A program made the position numbers and the translations under genes. A stretch of DNA of 64,000 nt from Octopus vulgaris (lineage: Eukaryota), in assembly GCA_951406725.2 (NCBI GenBank), contig OX597819.1:110670001-110734000 (forward strand), given 5' to 3'. Positions 29,855-44,459 of the stretch are shown here, piece by piece. The notes under the pieces are model-generated. The model saw only the letters and a program-made list of their open reading frames with translations, was not told the origin of the DNA and ran no database searches. Positions within the stretch are counted from its first letter, which is position 1; the number at the start of each line of letters is the position of its first letter.

Positions 29855-30620
29855 ACACTGGCTTTTACAGCTAAATTGGACAGTTTGTATAAAGAAGAAA
29901 GAAACACGACATCCCACCCGAAAAAATAAATGTATATAAAATAAAAATGGAAAATAAACAACTTATATACGGTTGGCAGTTAAGAGGTTACTTGAAGTAG
30001 CTGCCCTCAGCTTCCACCACGTCTTCATGAGGACTCCGGAACCTGGGCTATACGTTCTTCACTGTGTCCTTGGGAAGTTCATCGAACACCTCTTTGATCT
30101 CGGCCATCGGCTCGGTCTTACTTTTTCAGATAGAGAGCTTGGTGTCACTCTCAACCGCACCCCACACATACCAAACCATGGTATTACAATCAGATGAACT
30201 ACGAGGCCGACAACAACTTCTAACTCCTTCCAGAAGTATGGCAAGGAGGCGATTCCAGGAGACACCTTCTCCAGCCAGGGTTTGACCACAGTCTCCAGCA
30301 GTTTCACAGCCATCTGAATTGAGTTTAAGGCGCCGCTCAAAATTATTGGGCTGGCATGACGTCATCCACACTGATGCCATACCTAAAGACCATCACAGTT
30401 TCAGGGAACCTGGTGTCCATGATGTCCATGCCACGTCTTGCAACCTTTGACAGTGTTTACAGAGTATTGGGCAGCAGTCGTGATGTCTGCGTTTTGATGT
30501 CTGGTGCAAATCCTCATGCTATAGGTAATTTTTATTCAATATTCAGATGGCTTCCAGTCCTTCATGTTAGCTAATTTTTTTCTCAACACTAATTTTATCT
30601 TTATTCTCCCCAACGCCCCT
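29855..30620 (-). mobile_element. Internally deleted maT/DD37D-like transposon relic
   Basis: Minus-strand pieces KLLETVVKPWLEKVS and SSDCNTMVWYVWGAVESDT resemble the maT catalytic region seen at 10779-11990. Confidence 0.65.
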
Positions 30621-30773
30621 GAGTATTCAGCAACACATCAAGCGGTCCCTGAAGAAGTAAAAAAAAATCTAATTTATTTCTAACAGCCTGAATATCTCGC
30701 AGAATAATGCCCGTTTTTTTCCGTCGTCGGAATATATGCCCCAATTTTAGACTATTTTCTATAGTTAATATAT

Positions 30774-31130
30774 GGAGCACTGCCTTTAGTCGAGCAAATT
30801 GACCTCAGGACTTATCCTTTGTAAGCCTAGTACTTATTCTATCGGTCTCTTTTGCCGAACCGCTAAGTTACGGGAATGTAAACACACCAGCATCGGTTGT
30901 CAAGCGAATTTGAGGGGGCAAACAAAGACACACAAACATATACATACACACATACATATACATATATATACATATATACAACGGGATTTTTTAGTTTCCG
31001 CCTACGAAATCCACTCACAAGGCTTTGGTCGGCCCAAAGCTATAGTAGAAGACACTTGCCCAAGGTGCCACGCAGTGGGACTGAACCCGGAACCGTGTAG
31101 TTCGTAACCAAGCTACTTACTACACAGCCA
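30774..31130 (-). mobile_element. SINE family A
   Basis: Near-complete reverse-complement copy. Confidence 0.9.
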
Positions 31131-32201
31131 CAAATGTATCTAAATGTGAGTGTTTGTTTAGAAACGATGAAGAAGTGTGTCAATAGGGATTAATATTTGT
31201 AATTTTATGCATTAAATCCGGAGATTAACGTTCATGACGATTCACTGACGAATCTATGACAAGATGTACATTAAGATCTTCTGATGTCAGATTATGTGTC
31301 TTTTGAAGGAGTTCAATACCTGATCAGTGGCGTAATAATAATTTTATCGAAATAAGCCAATAAAATATAAATATTACCATTTAATTTGCTTTTAATGTAT
31401 TTTAAAACATTGTTAATTAGTCTCGCCAACCGAATGTTATATATATAATATGCGTGTGTGTGTGTGTGTGTTTGTATGTGTATTTATGTATGTATGTATG
31501 TATGCGTGTGCGTATGTGTATATGTATATACAGATATGCATATTACATACATACATGCATACATAAGCATGTACATACTTGTGTGTTTGTGTATGTTTCT
31601 ATAATAAATGTAATCAGCAAACAAGTTACCTTAGGTACCCAAATATTAATGAAACATTTGTATTGCTGTGATTAAATTTATTACTCAGCGATGGATTAGA
31701 CGACACCAAACGATCTGAACGCAGTCCGCCAAATAACCTCGTAAAATGAAAGAAAATTTACAAATTAATGAAAATCCTTTCAGTGTATTTAATGCCGCCA
31801 AATATCTATATAATTATCTGCTTGTTTGTTGGTCCGTTAGAGAGGTGGAAGTGGAGTGAGTGAGAGGTGGAAGTGGAATAAAAGTGTGTGTGAGAGAGGG
31901 GGAGAGATGCGTGTAGAGAAGAAAGAAGAAAGGTGTATAATAATACACTAAGGCCAAACACATCAAGTGGTTAATTGAACGGAGAGGTGAAGAGATAGAA
32001 AAAAGACGATGAGAGAAAAGTGGGAGAGAGAAGTGTTAATGACGTGCTGTAGATTGAGGAGGGCAAGGTTAAGAGAAAGAGAGAGATGTTAAAGATATGA
32101 AGAGGGGAATTATATCCTTAAAATGTTTGTAGGAGAGACAGAGAGAAAGAAAGAAATATAAAGTGCTTAGCAGAGGGAAACTTTAGAATCATTTAATATA
32201 T

Positions 32202-32610
32202 AAGGCGCAGGAGTGGCTGTGTGGTAAGTAGCTTGCTTTCGAATCACATGGTTCCGGGTTCATTCCCACTGCGTGGCACCTTAGGCAAGTGTCTTCTACT
32301 ATAGCCTCGGGCCGACCAAAGCCTTGTGAGTGGATTGGTAGACGGAAACTGAAAGAAGCCCGTCGTATATATGTATATATATGTATGTGTGTGTATATGT
32401 TTGTGTATCTGTGTTTGTCCCCCCAACATCGCTTGACAACCGATGCTGGTGTGTTTATGTCCCGTAACTTAGCGGTTCGGCAATGAGAAACCAATAGAAT
32501 ACGTATTAGGCTTACAAAGAATAAGTCCTGGGGTCGATCTGCTCGACTAAAGGTGGTGCTCCAGCATGGCTGCAGTCAAATGACTGAAACAAGTAAAAGA
32601 GTAAAAAGAG
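32202..32610 (+). mobile_element. SINE family A, full-length reference copy (tRNA-derived, CORE-like central motif)
   Basis: A box tggctgtgtggt, B box ggttcattccc, CORE-like caccttaggcaagtgtctt, internal (TA/TG)n, 3' (gtaaaaga)n. Confidence 0.92.
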
Positions 32611-33134
32611 AATATCCTTGTGCCTGGAAAGGAAATAAATTCGTAAATTATCCTTTCTTTCTTAAATAACTTCTCTTAATCCACAGATCCTACTAGTTTC
32701 ACAACATATAATACAGGAGAAAAAGGCGACGAGTTAGGAGAGTCGTTACCGAGCCAGGAAAAGTGCTTAACGGCATTTCGTCCGTCTTTACGTTCTAAGA
32801 ACCATGACATTCATCTTTCCGAGGTCGATAATATGGGTATTAGTTGAGCTCTGTAATCGATTTAACGCTTCCGCCGAAATTACTGACCTTGTGCAAAATG
32901 TGAGACCAATAAATTACGGTGGAAAACTAAGATAAACACATATATAAATTATTAGTTCCTACACCCGTTTCAACATTGTAGTTGTTTGGGGCACAGCATT
33001 GGATGATCCAAGCACATCTTAACGCCTTACCGCTACGGATCATCAGGAGAACACTTTGTGGCATTTTGTTACAGAGAACTAAAATATTAGTTTTAAATTT
33101 AAGTACAAGGTAAGCAATTTCGTGGAAGTGAGTA

Positions 33135-33525
33135 AGTCGATTACTGGTACTTATTTCATTATAAGGGCGGCGAGCTGGCAGAAACGTTAGCACGCCGGGC
33201 GAAATGCTTAGCAGTATTTCGTCTGTCGCTACGTTCTGAGTTCAAATTCCGCCGAGGTCGACTTTGCCTGTCATCCTTTCGGGGTCGATTAAATAAGTAC
33301 CAGTTACGCACTGGAGTCGGTATAATCGACCTAATCCGTTTGTCTGTCCTTGTTTGTCTTCTCTATGTTTAGCCCCTTGTGGGTAGTAAAGAAATAGGTA
33401 CTTATTTCATCAACCCCGAAAGGATGAAAGGCAAAAACAACTTCGGCAGAAATTGAAATCAGAATGTGAAGACGGACTAAATGCCGATAAACATTTTGTC
33501 GGGCTCGCTAACGATTCTGCTAGCC
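33135..33525. mobile_element. Young + strand SINE B (33163-33396) nested in an older - strand SINE B
   Basis: 14-bp duplication ggtacttatttcat at 33146-33159 and 33397-33410. Confidence 0.85.
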
Positions 33526-33621
33526 CAGTAACTTACAAAGCTCAAATATATTACAGAATATACTTGCACATACGTTAATTGGAAGTAAATATATTTGAAG
33601 AAAATAGAAGCATATTTTACA

Positions 33622-33797
33622 TGCTAGCGTGGCTGTTTGGTAAGAAGTTTGTTTTTCAGCTGCATAGATTCGTGTTCAATCCCATTGGGTGACACCTTGG
33701 TCAAGTGCCTTCAACTATAGTCTTAGACCGACCAATATCTTGTAAGTGTATATGGTAGGCGGAATCTGGAAGAAGCTCATCGTCTATTGACATACAT

Positions 33798-33828
<31 letters not shown>

Positions 33829-33895
33829 CATGTGTGTTTTATTCCACAGCTTGATAACTGGTGTTTGTCTGTTTACGTCACCGTAACTTAGGGGC
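33622..33895 (+). mobile_element. SINE family A, diverged
   Basis: gcgtggctgtttggtaagaag..caccttggtcaagtgcc..(TG)n..cttgataactggtg. Confidence 0.7.
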
Positions 33896-33981
33896 GCGTA
33901 ATGGGTTGGTGTGTACATATTGTAGTGCATTCAACACGAGCATACTCACTTATATAGAGATTCACTCAAAAATCCACATAC

Positions 33982-34012
<31 letters not shown>

Positions 34013-34148
34013 CATACATACATACATACATACATAGGCACACATATGTAAGCATGCACAATAACAGAGTAACAACAACAAACATACAACCATTCTGCCA
34101 TAAAGAAAACTTTAGGCATACTCAAACATATAGATATATATATATGCG

Positions 34149-34213
<65 letters not shown>

Positions 34214-34223
34214 CTATCTCTTT

Positions 34224-34260
<37 letters not shown>

Positions 34261-34319
34261 ATATATATATGTTGGCATGCATGTATGCATTATGTAAATA
34301 TGTATATATATATATATAA

Positions 34320-34352
<33 letters not shown>

Positions 34353-34412
34353 AGTGAGTGTGCGTGTACTCATATATATATGTATATAAAGATATATATA
34401 TATATGCGAACA

Positions 34413-34464
<52 letters not shown>

Positions 34465-34982
34465 ATATATACATGTATATATATACATGTATATATTAAT
34501 ATATATGCGTTTGTGTGTGTGTGTGTAAAGCAAATAAAGAATCATCTCACAAACAAAATGGCTTGTCTTTATTTCAGCCGTAAATTCAATGTCCAGCTGA
34601 AAAATGTCCGCCGAATGAAGTGAGAAAGGCTTATCACGCTTGTCTCTCCCGCTTCTCTTTCCTTTTCCGCTTCCGCTTCATCTAATTCGTTTCCTGTCGG
34701 AGTAAGTTATCTGTGTTGATGGTGATGGCTGTGATGCTGGTGGGGTGGTGGTGATGATGGTCGTGATGGTATTGGTATTACTATTGGCGGTGTTATGGCT
34801 TGTTATTAGTGGTAGTAGATACGGTTGTACTGATGATAATGATAGCGGGTTCTGATGATTGTGACGGTCATGATGGGAGCTGTCTTTGTAGTGATAGCGT
34901 TGTTGTTGTTGGTGGTGGTGGTGGTAATAGTGTTTGAAATTGTATTCGTGATGAAATGGCGGTGATAGCTAATGAAGCGTAA

Positions 34983-35015
<33 letters not shown>

Positions 35016-35017
<2 letters not shown>

Positions 35018-35313
35018 CACCGTGATCACCGTGACCGACCAAGCTATCAGATGTTGCTACATATCGCTGGTCACAATGCACTTCGCATTGTTTTAGCCTT
35101 CAAATGACGCCATCCCGCTGGCTAAGCGAGCAGGCCAACGGAAGAAAGTTGTGGCGAAAGAGTACAGCAGGGATCGCTACCACCCCCTGTCGGAGCCTCG
35201 TGGAGCTTTAGGTGTTTTCGCTCAATAAACACTCACAACGCCCGGTGTGGGAATCGAAACCGCGATTCTACGACCGCAAGTCCGCTGCCCTAACCACTGA
35301 GCCATTACGCCTC
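35016..35313 (-). mobile_element. SINE family C (tRNA-derived)
   Basis: Minus-strand head gaggcgtaatggctcagtggttagggcagcggacttgcggtc..ggtttcgattccc; same body and tail as 62092-62380. Confidence 0.88.
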
Positions 35314-36463
35314 TACGCACACACACACACACACACACATATATATCCTTACGTCTTCATACTCTCTGGATTGATATTAAAGAAAGTATCAACGAAATAC
35401 CTGCAATCGATTTAAACAGCCACACCTTCCTCTTGCCACTCCACAATTCTTTGATCTCGTTCCGCTGTTAGAAGTCATTATATATTCCTAGTGCTCCCGC
35501 ATGGCCACAGCTTATGTCTAAAACTCGTAAAAGAATATTACTGCTGGGATGATATGGCTGTAGGGGTTTTAGTTGACAATCGTTATAGTCGTGATGGTAT
35601 TATTGTTTTGTGCTTCGCCTTTTTAAGACAGGTGTGATTTGAAGATGTTTGGCTACTATTTCTTGCTTGTCGAGCATTTACTGTTTTCGTTGTGGTTTAC
35701 TTTCGATCAAAACGCTTTTTGTATAGAAGGAAATAAGTTACATTAACCATGGTGTCCTTCAATTTTTAAGACTGAAATGTGGAGTGGAGGCTCTCTCACT
35801 GATATAGTCGTTGTTCTCGTTATCGGTTTTTCATAAATAAGACCTGATCAATCAGAGGAATGATTAAAGACACTTTATCCGTGGCCAACCTGTCTTTGTG
35901 CCGAAGAACACAGACTCACGTTATCAGATGTACCTATGCTTTATTAAACAGAAAAGTTTGATTTTAATGAAAGCCGGTGGTTATTTTCAGCAGGTCGAGC
36001 GACCATGTAGGGACTCTTTCGTTATCTGCTCATGATGGCGCAAGGCGGAGCTGGTGGCGTTGATGCATGCAGTTTCAATAGGCTGCGGTGTGTAAGAAGG
36101 AAGCAGAGAGGAAGCCAATCCAGGAAGAATACAGAAAGGCCAACATCCGGCGGAAGTCCAGACGGAACTAAGCTATCAATTGTTCAATAAAAATAAAAAA
36201 AGAAAACGTTCACGCCATTTCATTGTTTGTACGACTGTGTGTGTACGTGTGTGTGTGTGTGTTTATGCGTGTGTGTCTGCGTGAAAGTGCCCGTATGTGC
36301 ACGCATATACACAAAGACAGACACATACATGCACACTTACACACAGGCGCAGACACACACACGCATATATAGATATACATAACTATGTCCCTACCTCATT
36401 CATTTATATATATGTGTGTGTCTGTGAGTATGCATAACTACATATACAAATGTGTATATACAT

Positions 36464-36494
<31 letters not shown>

Positions 36495-36647
36495 CACGCA
36501 TATACATACATATACATATATATACACACACACACACATATATATATATGTATATACATACATGTACACATAGATATACATATACATACAAATACACATA
36601 TGTGTGTGTGTATTTGTATGTATATGTATATCTATGTGTACATGCAC

Positions 36648-36681
<34 letters not shown>

Positions 36682-36755
36682 ATATATATGTATCTATATG
36701 TATATATATATATATATGTATGATGTATATCTATGTGTACATGTATGTATATATA

Positions 36756-36796
<41 letters not shown>

Positions 36797-37205
36797 TATA
36801 TATACATATACATATATATACACATATACATACATAAATACATATATATATATGTATATATATATATACACCAACACGTTCACACACACACGCATATTCG
36901 TGTTTATGTGTGTGTCTGCATGTGTACATATGAATGCATACATATAATACGTATGCATGTGGCTGTGCTTGTATCCGTGCGTATGCGTGTGTCTCCCTTC
37001 TGAATGTTATTTTTTTATTCGGGTTTTGTTATATATTTTTTTCTTGGTATTCATTTCAGTTTCCTTCGTTATTGTTCGCCATTGTTGTCCTTCCCATAAT
37101 CCTCATTAGTTTTATTTCTTCCCGTCTTCTTCACAATGTTTTGCGTCTTCCTCTATCATCGTAATGATAGAATGGATTATCATAGTTGGTGATGATGATG
37201 ATGAT

Positions 37206-37271
<66 letters not shown>

Positions 37272-37679
37272 GTGGTGATGGTAGCGGCAGTAGCAGTGAG
37301 ATTCGTATTCCTGTTTTAATTCTTCATTCTTTTATTCTTCATCCTTTTGTTTCTTGTTTGTTCTTCATTGCCAGAGCAGCCAAAACCTCAACATACAGCT
37401 CATCATTACCCTCCATATCTACCTTCTTCTTCTTCTTCTTCTTCTTCTTCTTCTTCTTCTTCTTCTTCTTCTTCTTCTTCTTCTTCTTCTTCTTCTTCTT
37501 CTACTCCTCCTCCTCCTCCTCCTTCTTCTTCTTCTTCTTCTTCTTCTTCTTCTTCTCCACCTTCTTCTTCTTCTTCTTCTTCTTCTTCTTCTTCTTCTTC
37601 TCCTCCTCCCCTCCCTCTTCTTCTAATTCGTCATCTTCGATGATGATGATGATTATAACAACAACAATAACAATAGCTT

Positions 37680-37895
37680 CAAATTTTGGCATACTGTCAG
37701 CAATTTCGTCGAAGCGGGTGGGGGTGATAGTCGATTACATCAACACCAGTGATCAACTGGTACTTTATTTATCGATCCCGATAGGATGAATTGCAATGTC
37801 GACCTCGACAGAATTTGAACACAGAGCGTTAAGACGTACGAAATGCTGCTAAGCGTTCTGTCCGGCGTGCTAACGATTCTGCCAGCTCGCCGCCA
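37680..37895 (-). mobile_element. SINE family B, diverged
   Basis: Reverse-complement head ggcggcgagctggcagaatcgttagc. Confidence 0.8.
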
Positions 37896-37931
37896 TAACA
37901 ATAATAATAATAATAATAATGATAATAATAA

Positions 37932-37999
<68 letters not shown>

Positions 38000-38290
38000 A
38001 CATATACAGTGACTTCTGTTATTGCCTCGAGGATGAAGGATGGTGGGATATTGCCGGAAAAAATTTGCAAAACGAAGCACTTATCTATGAACAGAAGTTA
38101 CGATGATAGTTTGTGGATGCGGGCCACACCAGAAGCTCCTCATAAAAGAGGGACACTACCTGGTGGTTGGTGGCTTTGTTCTTTGATTCGTGGCAGGTTA
38201 GACCAAGAAGTGTTTTGCGTCGTTGTTTCCTCGTTTCAACTGCGAAAAACTTAAACCAATGCATACATCGCACATACATGTATATATTCC

Positions 38291-38323
<33 letters not shown>

Positions 38324-39097
38324 TATGGATATATATATATATATATACATATATATTTGTGTGTGTGTGTGTATAGCGTATGAGTGGCGAAAATAAAATA
38401 ATACATTGAAAGAAAAGATGGCTGAAGGCAAGTTTGTTTTATTATTTTTCATCACCAATGAAACCCTCATCGCCAGTTCTGTTTCAAGTATCATTCGAAG
38501 ACGAGAGAACAACAAAAATAAAACATTAACAACAAAAGCAACAGCAACAACAACAACAAGTTTAAAAAATCAACAACAAGGGAATGAGATCCGAGACTAG
38601 AATAGCCTCAAGACTCAAAAATATGTGGCAAGAACAAAAGGATTGGATTTTTGTTTATTTCCCTTTTTTTTTTTTACGTTGTTTGCTTTTTTTTTTCATG
38701 TTACTTTTTCTTCTTGTCTAAATCAAAGTTAGCCTTGATTGAGCCAGTTCATAATCAAAGGCATTCCAGCCGTGGCTATCTCATCGGAGTTTTTCCCAAG
38801 GTTGCGTGCATTTCAAGATCAATAATGACATCTAGCAACCTGGCGCCTTAAAATATGCGTAGGTTAAAAGACAAGGAAGATTTGGTTGCTATTTCTAGCA
38901 AGTATACAAACCACACTGAGCCTATTCGCTTACTCGGCGTGTTCGTGCCTTTGCATACTGATAAGAGACAAAGAGAGGTTTGCTTTATTACTGATCTCAT
39001 CTGACGCTGGCGTTTCACAACGTGATTTGATCGAATATTTAGACACTGTACTGGTTATCGTTCATTGTTTTGATGAATATCTTTTCATTTTCAGGAA

Positions 39098-39141
<44 letters not shown>

Positions 39142-39217
39142 ACACATACACACACATACACAAGCACACATATCTAGTTGTACATGTATCTACATATGTA
39201 TATATATATATATATAT

Positions 39218-39410
39218 TACGGAGATGTACTTGCATAGCAAGTGATTTGATCTGAAATCGTGTGCTGAAACGAAAACAATTGCAGCGGGAAAGGTGTTTG
39301 TGAGCCATTTAAGAAACACACAAAGGCCGTTCGATTTACTTCAACATTTAAGTTTAATTTGTCAAAATATTTTCGTCGCTTTAAGACAGCGACCTGTTCA
39401 CTGACAAAAA
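39218..39410 (+). repeat. Dispersed repeat family D
   Basis: Homolog of 6762-6940; starts directly after (TA)n. Confidence 0.7.
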
Positions 39411-39454
39411 TCCGTGCTGCACGGATTAATGAACTGATCGCGGTCTTAACAACA

Positions 39455-39968
<514 letters not shown>

Positions 39969-39978
39969 CATAATAATC

Positions 39979-40023
<45 letters not shown>

Positions 40024-40149
40024 GTCACACGTATTGAGGCATCGTCGCTGTGAATTTTCTTTCCTCTTTCTCCCTTTTATTTTATTTGTTTAATTTTCAA
40101 ATTTTTATTTTTTCCTTTTTATCTCTGTCTTCCCCTTTTTTCTATCATT

Positions 40150-40283
40150 TGACTCTGTAAATGAACATCTGGTGTGTTTGCTTTAATGGCCTACAAATGT
40201 ATACAGTACGTTTCCCCTGCCCTAGGTGTCAGGAAGACACTCGGCAAGAAATGTAAGCAGTATTGAAAGAAGATGCTAATGAA

Positions 40284-40364
<81 letters not shown>

Positions 40365-40560
40365 CAACAGCATTGTCGATGTGAGAACTGTTGCTGCTCA
40401 TGTATTTTAATTTAACTTTAAAAAAAAAAAAAAAAAATTAACGAACTACTGAGTTTGGTTTAATGGCCTAATGTATACTAAGTTTCTTTGCCCTAGGAGT
40501 CGGGAAGACACTCGGCAAGAAATGGAAGCAAATTTGAAAGAAGAAAAAAAAAAAAAAAAA

Positions 40561-40600
<40 letters not shown>
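40150..40600 (+). mobile_element. Two tandem (TAA)n-tailed short retroelement 3' ends
   Basis: tttaatggccta..tgccctagg.gtc.ggaagacactcggcaagaaatg.aagca followed by (TAA)n at ~40182 and ~40460; third copy at 19045. Confidence 0.75.
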
Positions 40601-40679
40601 TTACATATTGTTGATCCCCAAGACGTTTCCGAAGGCAACAGACAGATGAAGACTTTCAGTGACATCAGTGGATATTTTT

Positions 40680-41397
40680 ATACACTAGTATGCTCAAACC
40701 ACCCTGTGAAAGAAAAGCTAAAACTACAAAAGTAGATTTTGACACTGGTACCGTAATTAAGGAGCTAGACTAAAACGTTACATGCAAGTACCTTGTAGTG
40801 AACGAAGGAGATGGGATACAAAGGATGTTCAGTCCTGAATGAGAAGATCCAGCATGGGTTCTGTACAAGATTGCGTAAGGGAGATATGTAAAAACTTTGA
40901 GATTTTAGCAATATCTGTGGGGAGGTATAGTCGCCACTTTTCCAAATGGAAAACTGAATGTCACCGTGGGACTGGACATGATGACGAGAAGTTTCACCAT
41001 TCAAATGCATTTGTCTAAGAACTGTTCACCTGAAAAGATTTAGGAAATCCAGCTGAAACTAATCTTTTGATTTTGACTATTGGATTTGAAATATCAGATA
41101 AAAACAGATGAGCCATTCATTCGGATTGTAAAACATCAGCCTTATTCCATTAAGAACACAACCGTGCAATTCAAAGAAGAGCTTGATTGCCCCCAAGCAA
41201 CGGGGTAACCACAATCTACACTAAAAAGTAAAGTAGAATACAGAACATCGTAATCAGTTGCAACTGTAGAAGACCCGGGAATTATCTGACATGTACGGGA
41301 AGCAAAAGGGAACCTACTGGAGATACATCAGGGACGAAAGAGCATCGAACTGAAAGCGAAAGTAGAAAACTTGATAATCGCTGCAAAAAGACCAGAG
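40680..41397 (+). mobile_element. Decayed R4/Dong-like RT-linker fragment
   Basis: Ends with ELKAKVENLIIAA-(fs)-KDQS, matching LKAETEGFLIAAQDQS of 12322-13184. Confidence 0.55.
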
Positions 41398-41476
41398 TAG
41401 TAGTAGTAGTAGTAGTAGTAGCAAGTAGCAGCAGCAGCAGTAGTAGTAGTAGTAGTATTAGTAGCAGTAGTAGTAG

Positions 41477-41518
<42 letters not shown>

Positions 41519-41522
41519 CAGT

Positions 41523-41556
<34 letters not shown>

Positions 41557-41576
41557 GAAGCAGCAGCAGTAGTAGC

Positions 41577-41616
<40 letters not shown>

Positions 41617-41902
41617 TTTTGTGTCGTCGAGAAATTAGGTTCCAGAAGTTACAGTAGTGGTAACAGTATATCTGTGTGCAAAGTATTTTCTCCGAATAAT
41701 AAGAAGAATGGAGAAAGTAATTTAGAAATTAAAGAAAAAAAAAAACGCAACATAAAAACAACCAAACAAAATAACAGATCCCCGTCAGCCAGTTTAACAT
41801 TTTTATATTTTATTGTCATGTTAGTCTCTCGGTTCTTTTGTTTAGTGTTGTTGCAGTTTGTAGTTGTTTCTTTAAATACTATTGTATATCCATCATCTAA
41901 CT

Positions 41903-41936
<34 letters not shown>

Positions 41937-42134
41937 GGTCTCTCTCTTACTATTGTATTCTCTTTAACTTTCCTCAGTGGCAATCCCACCTCTTCATAGC
42001 TTGCAATACACCAACAACAGACGTAATACCACACTATTTCTTTATTACAGACGTAATACCACACATACACGGACGGGTTTCAGTGTCGAAAAGTCACCGT
42101 ACTTCCGGCGGAGAATTTTGTTTAATTAAAATAA

Positions 42135-42193
<59 letters not shown>

Positions 42194-42324
42194 CATTATT
42201 ATTATTATCATTATTATTATCATTATTATTATTATCATTATTATTATCATTATTATTATTATTATCATCATCATCATCATTATTATTATTATTATTGTTG
42301 TTGTTGTTGTTGTTATTATTATTA

Positions 42325-42361
<37 letters not shown>

Positions 42362-42393
42362 CATTATTATTATTATTATTATTATTATAATAA

Positions 42394-42457
<64 letters not shown>

Positions 42458-42585
42458 CATTATTATTATCATTATTATTATTATTATTATCATTATTATT
42501 ATTATTATCATTATTATTATTATTATCATCATCATCATCATTATTATTATTATTATTGTTGTTGTTGTTGTTGTTATTATTATTA

Positions 42586-42631
<46 letters not shown>

Positions 42632-42663
42632 CATTATTATTATTATTATTATTATTATAATAA

Positions 42664-42740
<77 letters not shown>
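42135..42740. repeat. (TAT)n array with a higher-order ~270-bp duplication
   Basis: The interruption pattern (CAT)5..(TGT)n..aataatcat is repeated twice. Confidence 0.85.
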
Positions 42741-42908
42741 TGTCATACACGTTGCAAGGAAAGAAATACAAAAGATACAGGAGAAAAATTATGAGAGGAG
42801 GGAGAAGAAAGATAATGATAGGTGGAAAAAATGGTGGCGGTGGGTGAGATGTGGTTGTTACGACAAGAGAGATAACTAAGTAGTTAACAATATATATACA
42901 TACATACA

Positions 42909-42958
<50 letters not shown>

Positions 42959-43076
42959 CATACATACATACATGCATACATACATACATACATGCATACA
43001 TACATATGTATGTATCTGTATGTATGTATATATATGTATATAATATGTATATATACACACATATACACAGACACAC

Positions 43077-43126
<50 letters not shown>

Positions 43127-43724
43127 ATATGAAGTGTGTGTCCGTCCGCATGCGCGTGCATAATGATGACTTCTATTATCAAATCTTTTGTGTGCGCATA
43201 CTGCGTGTGTGTGAGTCTAAAGAGAGACTTTGCAAGAGTTAAACAGTGTAAGGAAGATAACAGAAGCGTGATTGTAAGAAGCAATGTCCAAAAGAATTGA
43301 GTGAAAGAAGGAAGGCCCGAGACTCATGTGCGATTAACTTTCCTGACATGGTACAAGCAAATCAAAGATGGCGGCCTTGCATCGCTCCTTTAACCTACGC
43401 TTTTGTTTAATACATCCGTTTTCGCACATACCCTATTTTCACTTGAACCTCTTTATATTTTCTTTTTCACCCAAAACACAGGAACTCAGATACACATGTA
43501 CTCTCTCTCTCTCCCCTTTCTCTCTCTCCCTCTCTCTCTCTTTATTTCTGTCTTTGTTTCTCTCTCTCTCTCTCTCACTCTCTTTATTGCTGTCTTTGTT
43601 TCTCTGTACAATAGGTGCATAAATGAATACATATATAGCTTACGACTCTCTTTATGTGTCCTTCTCTGTCACAAACACACGCACATACATATACATATCT
43701 ATATCTACACACACACACACACAC

Positions 43725-43768
<44 letters not shown>

Positions 43769-43797
43769 GTATATATACATATATATATGTTTGTATA

Positions 43798-43872
<75 letters not shown>

Positions 43873-43923
43873 CATATATATATGTATATATATGTGTGTG
43901 TATATATATATGTATATATATAC

Positions 43924-43966
<43 letters not shown>

Positions 43967-44004
43967 TATATATATACATATATATATATATATACACATA
44001 TATA

Positions 44005-44065
<61 letters not shown>

Positions 44066-44459
44066 TTACACATACAAACACACGCTTACACATATATATT
44101 ATACATACAGATATCCAGTCCTCCGTATCTATATTTTTTATTATTCTGCTGTCGTCCATTTTCCTATACATATTCCTTTTGTCTTCCCTTATCACTGTCC
44201 GTTTTCTTTATGTGGTTATGTATCATTAAATATGATAGGTGTCAGTTTATGAGGTCGTGCCTATGTATGAACATGTATGTGTGTATTCATGTGCGCACTC
44301 GCGTATGCGTTACAATGCCTGCGTCAGTTTTTTTGGGGGGCCGGGGGTGTCGTGTGGTTAAAGTATCAATATATTTGTCCATTTGTCTTGACTTCAAGTC
44401 AGTTGCTTGATTCTCGTTCTCTATCTATCCTACGCATTGTGTATAGAAGAATATATTAA

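Noticed and set aside
35240-35313. tRNA-like sequences (also at 54990-55060, 62310-62380 and the family A/B heads)
   Set aside because: They are SINE heads continuous with SINE bodies, with no complete cloverleaf or acceptor stem.
36032-36190. ~52-codon ORF MMAQGGAGG... followed by AATAAA
   Set aside because: Short, with no recognisable homology and no splice or promoter evidence.
40610-40675. Possible degenerate hammerheads (also at 5410-5460, 15095-15180, 39360-39405, 45930-45975)
   Set aside because: Core nucleotides are missing or stems do not pair; these could be decayed pLTR motifs but cannot be supported.
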